Shown here piece by piece: positions 53,574 through 64,000 of a stretch of DNA of 64,000 nt. The stretch lies in assembly GCA_964016885.1 (NCBI GenBank), contig OZ024748.1, positions 20,646,001 to 20,710,000 of the forward strand, in the 5' to 3' direction. The stretch comes from Eledone cirrhosa (Eukaryota). The number at the start of each line of letters is the position of its first letter. Positions within the stretch are counted from its first letter, which is position 1. Below the pieces are notes generated by a model. The model had not been told where the DNA came from. It was given only the letters and a program-made list of their open reading frames with translations, and made no database searches. A program made the position numbers and the translations under genes.

Positions 53574-55164
53574 GGTTACTTAGATCAAGAAAACGGATTA
53601 CTCTCCAAAACGTGTCACAGGCCTCGTCGAAACCACGTAGATACTAGGTGAACTTAAACCACGTAACCATACTTCTGTTCAACTAAGAGGAAAAGGTTAC
53701 AAAATAAAAAAAAATAAAAATAAAAATAAAAAAAAAATAAAAAAAAAATAAAAATAAATTCTCTCCAGAAATACCCCCACCTCTCCAAACCTAGCGATAG
53801 TTGCAATATGCAAAATTGTAATCGAAATATAAATTTATTTCCAAGTTTAAGAGAAATAAATTTATTTTTAATAGTATACGGCAGTTATAAAAAATAAAAA
53901 AAAATAAAATTTAAGAAAGGCCACACTAACAGTTTGCAGGAACGGAAACTATCAAAGTATGGAATAGCAATAAATCTCAGATTAGAAAATAAAAATATTT
54001 TCTAGAACTAAATAGGAAAACTATTTTCTATAATCAACAATGTGTGGGCTTTAGGATAATGACGGCAAAGAATTGTTAGTATTCAATTCTTTGTGAAGGT
54101 AAGTGGCTTCACATGAAGAGCCGACCATTAGATTGGACTAAGGAAACATTGTTTCGTTTCCTTGGTCTGTCGTTGCCGGTCGCAACTACTAGCAGAAAAT
54201 ATGAAAAGGCAGCAAGCAAGAAGAAAAAAAAATAACTAAAAAAAAAAAATAAATTAAACAAATTTAAATTTTTTTTTAAATAAAAAAAAAAAAAAAAAAT
54301 TAAATTACTTATCCTCCAAGAGATTAGACGGTAAAAAGCGTTGCTCAAGGAAGCCGTTTGCCTTAGGCGACACTTATCTGTATTGTTACAGTGTGTGTAT
54401 GGAGGGCGAGGTATATATAATAAAAATTTAAAAAAAAAAAAACTAAAAAAAAAAACATTAGGTGGCGCAACCTCTAACTACGCCACAGAAATAAACCAAA
54501 GAATCATTGTTTACAAATTCAATTCCACGAAGTTATAAAAACTCTACAGACCAATTTGACTTCAGTTATAAAGTTTCGGGGTAGATTCCTATATACGTTT
54601 TCTTTTCTTTCTGAACCACGTATGATAAGTCAAATTTGAATAAAAACTCAAAAATAACTAATACAAATCTCTAGATTCACATGAAATCTGTCGAGGGTTC
54701 AATTCAAAAGATCCGTGAGGTGAGGCTGTTTAGCTGGTTCGCAGGGTTGATTTTTTCTTCTCACATCTTTGGTAAACAGTTCCAACAGGATATCCGAGTC
54801 GTCCAATTTGACTGCTGGAAAGATTAAAAATATCCCTTTATCATTACTCTATATTTAATATTGAACTTTTGTATTAAAGGCTTTATTTCACAATTATCTC
54901 AATATCGAACCTACGAGATTTTCATATTTATGTTAAGAACAATAACTTATGAGTTTGAGTAGCCAGTTGCAGCTAGTTTTAACAGAAAGGTGACAGTTCT
55001 GGCCGGATATGACTAAAGGGTTAAGCCCGTATATACTCATGTATAAGTTGCTTCTTTTCTTCGTTTAAATACAAGGTAAAAACCAGCATAGTGGGACTAA
55101 ATGTCGTTGCAAAGGGAATTTATCTAAATTTGAGAAAAAAAAAAAAAAAATTATTATATATATA

Positions 55165-55353
55165 TAATTGTTTCTACGTTAGGCACAAGGCCAGCAATTA
55201 CCCAGTGCAATACTGGTACTTTTTATTTTATCGACCCCATAAGGATGAAAGGCAAAGTTAACCTCGGCGGGATTTGAACTCAGAATGGCAAGGGCCGTAA
55301 CTCCATGCGTCAAAGCATGGCGTCCGTCCCTCTACCGATACTGCCAATCCACC
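55165..55353 (-). mobile_element. tRNA-derived SINE, near full length
   Basis: A/B-box head and GCCTTTCATCCTT..GGGTCGATAAAATAA core on the minus strand. Confidence 0.88.
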
Positions 55354-56716
55354 ATTATTATTCTTCAGATAAATATGCATCCAAGACTACATTAATGCAT
55401 CTTATGATGGCAAAGTGTGGTTTGAAATCTCTGCAGCCAATAGCAATCGATTGCTTCTACCGCGGGTTCGATCCTTCCAGAAATAATTTAACGATAAAAT
55501 TAAACGATTTAAGAAATTAAAATACTCTAAAGTTTAAATGATTTAGATTAAATGTTAAGTCCTACAAGCAACGCTGGTTATCTAGCCACAAGTCAATGTT
55601 AAATCAAGCGAAACTATTAACGCATCCCAGCCATGACTATCCTATCTTAGTTTCATTTTTGGAAGTATGTTGTATCCAACGCTACATTATTATTCTTATG
55701 ATGGCAAAGTGTGGTTTAAGGGAAATTTAGCTATGTTTTAGTAAGTTGAGCGACAATCCCGAGTCAGACTCCGTTCGAGTTGTACAAGTTAAGTGAGTTT
55801 ATTCCAGACAGTGAATACTTCTGAAGTTTGAAACGGGGGGGGGGGGGGTCTCCCATGTTCATTTAAACTAACGAATTGAACTGTTCAACTGAAAAGCATT
55901 GAAAAGGAGCGGTCATGGGGCGAAGGAATTTAGATCAAACAGCCACATTTAGCTACAAGTCAACCTTCATTGAGCAAATATTTCAAAAGATAATTGTAGC
56001 ATTAGCAGTGTTAGAGATATTAAGGACTACATTACTCAATAGCACATTCCTTGTTTAATCGTATTTCTAATAAAATTTACCGTATTTCTAACAAAATTCA
56101 CTACCTATGGTTTTCAAAGAATTTTCAAAATAAAGAGTTATTAAACAAACTTCAAAACTAGACGGGTGTTACAGAAAACCAAAAAATTACCAAATTTTCG
56201 AGTTTAATCAAGTATTTATAAGTGTCCCACCACAAAAATATTGAAAATATTGGCAAGATAAAAACAAGTTGAAACACTTACTTGATAACTGCATAGCCAC
56301 AGTTCAGTAGTTCATAACTGCAGTGTTACAAAATTGGAGTTCTCGGTTAGTGGATAACTGGACGTCTTCTAGGAGGCGCCACGTGTAGTCCTGATTATTT
56401 CCCGTCGAAAAATGTAGAAGATTGTTTAACGGAAGCAGGAACCTCTAAGCAAGAAGCATTGAATTCAGATAAGAGGAATGCAGTAAGTTTATGAAGAGTA
56501 CACACAGATTTGATGGTTTCATTGCTTGCTTATCTGGTATAGTGAACAAATAAGACAAAGGCTCAGAAGATGATACAGGCCCGTTTCATTTAGTATACTT
56601 AAAAGTCTTCAGTTGCTTCAGTAAAACATTGATAAAATAAATGGCTTGTTCCTTAGTTTCGGCACCCCAGGAAAAGATTGAAGGATATAAAGCCATCACA
56701 AGATACAATTACGGCG

Positions 56717-56752
<36 letters not shown>

Positions 56753-58612
56753 TTTTAGGCGCCCCCATGTGAAGTCATTAAGGAGATGAGCGATTGCAAT
56801 AGAGAAGCGACCTTGCAATTGCCGTTTAAAGCTTCAAACCAGACTCTTGTCTTATGGTTACTGGTCGTAATCAATTCGCCACTTATTACCAGGACATTAA
56901 TCAATAAATGTTTATTACAGTACACCGGTCTGACAGATAGGTGTAGTCATAGTAACATTTGAAATTTTAGAGTAATTAGTTGACATGCTTCGTTAGAAGT
57001 TTCAACAGCGAAATTTGATTTCGCTACGATTTTCACGCTTTGAACGAATATTCCTTTTAAACCCGCCGTAAATAGTTTTGCGACTTGCTTAAACACTCCC
57101 ATAAAACCAGTCTCGGAGATGGGCGTAATAATATATTACCGAAGCGAGCTTGGTTTATTGGTAGCAATACATTTGTCAGTGGATACTAAAACATTAGTAT
57201 AATGTTCACAAAAGAGTTTTCTTGACCTTGTTGAGAGCGTAACAGAAATAAAAGTGGAACGCATGGTTACATTCGTTTGTTGGATTGGTGACAGTCTCCG
57301 AAACATTCTTAAACAAAAATATAATTCCAAACAGAGTTCAAAGTTCTTGGCACTATATCGAAGTGGAGCGAGGTATGGCACAGATAATAGTAATAGTCGG
57401 TAGAATGACAATAAAATCCGTTGTGGAGATGAAAAAAAAAAAAAAAATTAAAATAAAGCCCTTTACTGTATAGATAAAACTCTGACGTATGTCATGGCTT
57501 TTATGTAGAGTACGGGAAAACACGAAACGGGATCTTTTCAGTTTATATATGGTCATTCTCGGACTAAATTGCCAACCAACGTAACAGAGGCGCTATGCCT
57601 TCATGTAATAGCAATACGGATGTGCTGCAGACATGCTTCCCATTATCAAGGACTGAATAAATTGTTTGGTTTGGTAACATCCATAACAGGCTTGCTGGAG
57701 AAAATATCTCTGTAGATATTGTATCTATAATAAACATCACGAAAAATCACTTGAAACCAACTGGTTAGAATAACGGTACATCGCTTGTTATAGTAAAGTT
57801 CTGCGCTTCAATGTCGTTACCGCCGCTGTTGCCGTGGTTCTGATTTCTCCCATCTCTGTGACAGTACTGCGATCATTCAGATTTTTAAGCCATTCTTATA
57901 ACGTCAAAGCCTATTGGAACATCCTATTTTTCTGTGTTAGTAGGTGTGTTCAGGTACCTATTAATATTACTATTTCTTCCAAGTAAGACAAACCTTACTG
58001 AAATAAATTGATTATTAATATTTGTATGTGCGTTTGTTTATATCGCTATTTTTTACGACTGTCTGTGCTCTGAATTCAAATCTTGCCGAGGTCAACTATG
58101 CTTTCAACACTTTTTTTTTTTTTTTTTTTTTGGCGGGGGTGATACATTAAAGTAACACTCAACTACTGGGTCAATTTAATCTCCTAAATTGTGCTTAAAA
58201 TAGAAATTATTGTGTATCTATATCATTATTTATTTACGACATTCTATGTTCTGAGTTCAAATACCGGCGAGTTTAACTTTCAGATGCCCTTCATCATTTC
58301 GGGGTTCAGCAAAATAAAGTACCAGTTAAGTACTAGGAGTAATATATTCGACTTTCTTCTTACCCAAATTGGTGACCTTGTGTCAATGGTAGAAAGAAAT
58401 ATTTTGTGGGTATAAGCGCGCTGCCTGCGTGATTAAAATTACCGCTCTGTGTTCCCACTGTACGAGATGTTAGCCAAATATTTTCAACAATAGATTCGAG
58501 TTGATCAATACTTTCCAATCACAAGGTCCTAGATTCTAACCCTATATTTTTCTCTGCAAATAGTTATTTCTCTAAAGTTAATCTTGTGTCATTTGTGTGT
58601 GTGTGTATATAT

Positions 58613-58650
<38 letters not shown>

Positions 58651-58654
<4 letters not shown>

Positions 58655-58885
58655 ATAATAATAAAATTGAAGACTAAAATCCAAAGAGGGCTCGATAAGG
58701 AAAATATATATCAAATATATAAGAACCGAAGAGCAAATATTTATTGACGTTATAAGAATGGCTTAAAAATCTGAATGATCGCAGTATTGTCACAGAGATG
58801 GGAGAAATCAGATCCCTGGCAGTTTCAGAAGATCCCGTTAAGGATGAAAGCAGCGATTCTTTGCTTAAACTTTAATCTGTTATTT
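58651..58885 (+). mobile_element. Penelope-like terminal fragment inserted in (TA)n; shorter copy at 59450-59550
   Basis: Both copies start AGTAATAATAATAAA.TTGAAGACTAAAATCCAA and contain CAGAAGATCCCGTTAAGG..GAAAGC (decayed hammerhead-like). Confidence 0.5.
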
Positions 58886-58887
58886 TA

Positions 58888-58952
<65 letters not shown>

Positions 58953-58959
58953 AAAATCT

Positions 58960-59432
58960 CCTTATGGAAATAAAACCATGAACACAATCATCACACCACC
59001 ATAAACACCGTAACCTTTCATCACAAACAACAACACCACACCACGCACAAAAATCACCCACATCTACATGCCAAACTGTCTACCGACAACCAGCACCCCC
59101 ACATCACCGCCAACTTCAACCTGCGACCGACACCACCAACTTATCACCCCCCCCCCTACACACACACACATACACTACAGGCAAAAACATCCCTATGAAC
59201 TAATCCACCAATCAAAACAAAATTTAATCATCACCATAGGAACTTCTGACTTTATCATACAACATGTATTCATTTTTCAGTTAACATTACAAGGGATCTG
59301 ACGAACCGGGGATTACAGAGCCGGGTCAGATCGATACAGATCGAACCTTGAGCTGATCAGTGGCGAAACGCGCGTCACCAACCAATAAACGTAATGAAGG
59401 AGTAACCAATGGTCCTTGTTATCTTATTTCAC
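58960..59432 (+). mobile_element. Penelope-like 3' end with a degenerate hammerhead (59293-59379)
   Basis: CTGACGA...GAAAC-GCGC-GTC-ACC followed by AATAAA and (TA)n. Confidence 0.55.
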
Positions 59433-59546
59433 TATATATATATATATATAGTAATAATAATAAATTTGAAGACTAAAATCCAACGAGTTTCAGAAGATCC
59501 CGTTAAGGGGGAAAGCAGCGTTTCTTTGCTTAAACTTTAATTTTAA

Positions 59547-59780
<234 letters not shown>

Positions 59781-59785
<5 letters not shown>

Positions 59786-59903
59786 AGAGTTAGGACCCCG
59801 ACGGCTGAGCTCTGGTCGTTTCGACAGCTAGATCCGAACTGTATTGAATATTGAGTAGCCTGGTGCGTTATGGTCTACCTAATATCTTACCACAACCTCT
59901 TTG

Positions 59904-59983
<80 letters not shown>

Positions 59984-60172
59984 CGGAGGAAATGTGGTAA
60001 GGAACCAGGTGAGGTGGACCATAACGCACCAAAGTACTCAATACTTAGGGTAGTAGAGTGGGTAATAGGAACGAGTAGGACCCCGACGGCTGAGCTCAAG
60101 CCGTTTCGACGTGTAATTCTGAATTAGCCGTCGAAACGGCTTGAGCTCAGCCGTCGGGGTCCTACTCGTTCC

Positions 60173-60175
<3 letters not shown>
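59781..60175. mobile_element. Two inverted copies of a small element around (TA)n, plus a perfect 47-bp palindrome (60065-60175)
   Basis: 59850-59906 is the reverse complement of 59980-60045; AGGACCCCGACGGCTGAGCTC occurs three times counting both strands. Confidence 0.75.
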
Positions 60176-60211
<36 letters not shown>

Positions 60212-60436
60212 CAGAGAGAGTGAGTGAGAGAGAGTGTGTGAGAGAGAGAGAGAGGGGTGTCTGTATGTATGTATATATATATATACACAAGGTTTAATAT
60301 AGAAATGGCTTCTGGTGATTTCTCCCGAATGAAACAGTTCTAGTCTTCTAGAAGCCATTTCTATATTAAATATTTATACTCTGCTATGTATTGACTACCT
60401 TACTTACTGTAGTTACCCCCGATTGAACCCGGGATA

Positions 60437-60514
<78 letters not shown>

Positions 60515-60594
60515 GTATTAAGGATACTATTTATGGTTATGTATATAAACTTTTTATAGTTATATATATTTTAAACCCTAAACAGTGAAAGACA

Positions 60595-60642
60595 GCTCCG
60601 AAGAAGACTCCAAACCTCGGTTTGGACGAAACAATTGTAAGT
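60595..60642 (+). ncRNA. Degenerate minimal hammerhead in a mini-element within (TA)n
   Basis: GCT-CCGAAGA..TCCAAACC-TC-GGTTTGGA-C-GAAAC-AATT-GTA-AGT then AATAAA; one core substitution. Confidence 0.55.
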
Positions 60643-60818
60643 TAATAAATGGTTTGAACAGAACTTTGATTCATGTAATTTCTATATATATATTTATATA
60701 TATTTATATATATATTTATATATATTTATATATATATTTATATATATATTTATATATATATTTATATATATTTATATATATATTTCTATATATATATTTA
60801 TATATATTTATATATATT

Positions 60819-61152
60819 TAAAAGAAACCAAAGAACGCTTACAAACTCAAACAGTTTTTATTTGCTTTTTATTGTTTTAACCATTGTTTGTATTTTTTGC
60901 TTTTGAGTGCCATCAATTGTATCTGCATCTTGTGAGATCTGCTTGTGCCCTAGCATTTAGCTGTGGTGTTTAACAACCCCAGCATGTACTCTCTCCTTAT
61001 TCACCATCTCCGATCTCCCTATCTTTACCCTCTATTGTATCCCGATTGTTCGTGTTTATTAAGCTCTGATGAATCCTACCCAACCGTATGGATGAAACAT
61101 TGTAAGCAAATAAAAACTGTTTGAGTATGTAAGCGTTCTTTGGTTTCTTTTA
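60819..61152 (+). mobile_element. Penelope-type mini-element with an inverted terminal copy (60819-60866 / 61105-61152)
   Basis: 48-bp inverted arms with 1 mismatch; contains a hammerhead and AATAAA. Confidence 0.75.
61063..61107 (+). ncRNA. Minimal type I hammerhead ribozyme
   Basis: Stem I GCT/AGC, core CTGATGA, stem II ATCC-TAC/GTA-T-GGAT, GAAAC-ATT-GTA cleavage triplet. Confidence 0.8.
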
Positions 61153-61766
61153 CGTATAACGGCTCTGTTCTCGTACATTGAGCTAATACAATACCGTCAA
61201 AATATAACATGGTGCTATACGTACGTAAATAAATAAATATATATATATACATTATTCAAATATCATTATCTTTAATCACTTCTGCGTGTCAGTAATGAAG
61301 ATAAACTATAGGATTTCTTTAATGCAAACACGTAATTGATCCGATCGCATATTTCCCGGTCTGTGAGATTGTTCCTATATTCGGTGATCCGGGAATGGCT
61401 TACTAATGAATGTATGTATGGTCCCGCAACACCTGATGAAGTCGTATCGGTGTCGTATTGATATACAGCGTTTTTAGGGTCATATTTAAAATTGAGGATG
61501 CCCATTTCTTCTCCATGTCTGACTACAGCAGATTTCTTTCAGAGATGGACAGAGAAAGGGAGAGAGTGGAAATGATAAAGGGATATAGAGGAACGATTAA
61601 CCCATTACTTGACATGCACTTTTTTATTAACCACCAATGGATGAAGGGCAAAGTTAACCTAACACACTAATAGTGGACAAATTAACCCTTTAGCATTTAC
61701 ATTACTCTATATATACTATTATATTTTCATAGAAAACACTTTATTTCACATAATTACCTCACATAA

Positions 61767-62374
61767 CGGTGGATTGGCAGTATCGGTAGAGGGTCGGACG
61801 CCATGCTTTGGCGCATAGAGTTATGGCTTTACGGTCTGAGTTTGAATCCTGCCGAGGTTAACTTTGCCTTTCATCCTTACGGAGTCGATAAAATAAAGTA
61901 CCAGTATTGCACTGGGGTAGATTTAATCGACTTTCCCCCTCTCCACAAAATTGTTGGCCTTGTGCCTATAGTAGAAACCATTATTACGACATTTGGGCGG
62001 TGGATTAGAGTATCGGTAAAGCGTCCGGCACCCAGCTTCCCGGCATTGAGTTACGGACCTTTACGTTCCGAGTTCAAATCTCGCCGAGGTTCGCTTTGCC
62101 TTTCATCCTTACGGAGTCGACGAAATAAAGTACCAGTAACACACTGGGTCGATTTAATCGACTGGCCTCTCCCCCAAAATTGCTGGCCTTGTGCCTAAAC
62201 CAGAAACCATTATTTAGACATTCTGATTTCAAATCCTGCCGAGGCTAGCTTTGCTTTTCATATTTACGTGGTCGATAAAATAAAGTACCAGTAACATACT
62301 GGAGTCGGTTTGATCGACTCTCCTCCACCCCTTAAAATTGCTGTCCTTGTGCCTAAATCAGAAACCATTATTAT
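61767..62374 (+). mobile_element. Three tandem tRNA-derived SINEs (61767-61985, 61996-62213, 62215-62374)
   Basis: A box TGGCAGTATCGG, B box GTTTGAATCC/GTTCAAATC, core GCCTTTCATCCTTACGGAGTCGA, tail GAAACCATTATT. Confidence 0.9.
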
Positions 62375-64000
62375 CAATTTAGATCAGTCGAAAGCCTTCG
62401 ATAGGGTCGACCATCGTTACCTAGCGGCAGTCCTGAGGGCGGCTGGCTTTGGGCCCGTCTTCAGAGGCTGGATCGCTGCCATGCACAGCGACATCTGCTC
62501 TGTGGTGAGAGTGAACGGTCACTTTTCGGAACCGTTCAACATCATGCGCTCGGTCCTCCAAGGATGTCCCCTCTCGTCCCTATTGTACGTATTGACTCTC
62601 GAGCCATTACTGCACAAACTGGAGGGGTCCCGCGCGAACTAGGATGCGGAAGATCCGTGTCAGCATATGCCGACGATGTCACCGTAGTGATGTCGAACGC
62701 CAAACACATCGAGGCGATCGGCACTACACTAAGAGAATACGAAGCGGTGACAGGAGCAATGATCAACCAGGAAAAGTCAGTGGGCCTGCAGCTCGGCACC
62801 TGGAGAGGCAGGTCCATGCCGTCCAACAGCGTCGTAGGGCGCTGGACGGACGGACCGGTTAAATTGCTAGGGGTCTGGTTCGGTCCAGACCTCCAGACGG
62901 ACAAAAACTGGGACGAGGTGACGAGCAGGGTGGCTTCTCTCACCCAGAAATGGGCCGAGAGGAAGCTATCCCTGAAAGGTCGAGCGGAGGTGGCTAACGC
63001 GTACATCGCGTCCGTCATCTACTACCGCCTGACCGTCGTACCTTGTCCTAAGCCCCGCCTGACTGCGCTGGAGCGTTTGCTCTTTCGCTTCTTGTGGAAG
63101 GGACGCTCTCCGATGGTCAGGCGGTCCATCTGCTGTCAACACCCGCTACGTGGAGGGCTGGGCATGCCGTGGCTGATGATGCGCAGACACGCGCTCAGGC
63201 TACGACATCTCCACCTCTTCCTCGACGGTGATCAGGTGTGGTCGCCGTTTGCTAGACACGTTTTTCCCCAGCTCGTCTCCTTGACGGAGCTGCAGTCCTG
63301 GGTCAAGCGAAGACCGAGAGGGAGCGCTTGGAGGCTGGAATGTCTTCAGGCGCTCACAGCCCTCGACCAATCGGGCAATGTGATCGGTGGAAACTCCACC
63401 TTGGCGTTCTATAGGGGATTAGTGGAGGGGAAGAGCGACGACGTACTTGGAGAAACTCTAGGCGTCGACGAAAATCAACTAGCCAATCTCTTCGGAAGGA
63501 CTTTCGGGCCGGGGCCTATGGACAACTTCCAGAAATCCCTGGCCTGGCAGTGCTACCGGGGTGCTTTGCCAGTTCGGGATAAACTTTACAGGCATGGAGG
63601 TGCCGTCAGCCGGGCATGTCCGAGATGCGCACAGGGCGACGAAACCGTCCTGCACGCACTCGTCCAGTGTCCGAGCATTGCTGACTTGTGGGTTTATGTC
63701 GAACACCTGCTGTCACGTGTAGGACGGATCCAGCTATCAGCTGAGTCCATCGTGAGGATTGCCCCGCCCTCTTCCTTTAGCCGGGAAGGGCAGGCAGTTT
63801 TTATCTGTCTGGTGGCCACGGCGAAAGAGATAGTATGGTGGACACGTTTGAAAGGGCTGAAGACGAGCACTTACCTCTTCGGTGATGCCCTGATTAACTT
63901 TTTCAAATTTCATTTGAAAAGGAAAATCAGGGTAGAGAGGGAAGTGCTCTCTTCCCAGCATTTTGTTGAAAGATGGGTGAGAGAAGCAAGTATGGCCCGA
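62372..64000 (+). mobile_element. Tx1/L1-clade LINE ORF2 (RT to zinc knuckle), 5'-truncated, runs off the window
   Basis: LDQSKAFDRVDH, QGCPLS, SAYADDV, LSLKGRA, GGLGMP, LPVRDKLYRHG..CPRC..ETVLHALVQC; related to 9642-10499. Confidence 0.95.

Noticed and set aside
61432-61470. CTGATGA at ~61433 as a hammerhead
   Set aside because: No stem II plus GAAA or cleavage triplet downstream
61803-62198. 131-aa ORF and tRNA-like A/B boxes as genes
   Set aside because: Lie within tandem SINE copies; no complete cloverleaf seen

Overview
Eukaryotic, AT-rich, repeat-dominated DNA, most likely a coleoid cephalopod (octopus-type tRNA-derived SINEs, TA microsatellites). No intact protein-coding gene is supported; almost all ORF-track entries are transposon fragments or noise. 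The left ~36 kb is CpG-depleted and looks like the intronic body of a minus-strand host gene starting near 38.2-38.8 kb (candidate exons only). It contains mariner, hAT, piggyBac, Merlin, Gypsy, CR1, RTE and Tx1 relics and three minisatellites. The right part is CpG-richer intergenic DNA. Highlights: (1) 5' portion of an R2-type retrotransposon outside rDNA, headed by an HDV-like ribozyme fold; (2) a cluster of Penelope-type mini-elements in (TA)n tracts with hammerhead motifs, one with an inverted terminal copy ending at the predicted cleavage site; (3) a Gypsy integrase plus LTR enclosed by ~400-bp inverted repeats; (4) a three-level nested insertion with recognisable TSDs; (5) a mariner family in which the 3' end replaced the 5' end. 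All calls were made by eye; family names come from recalled motifs, not database searches.
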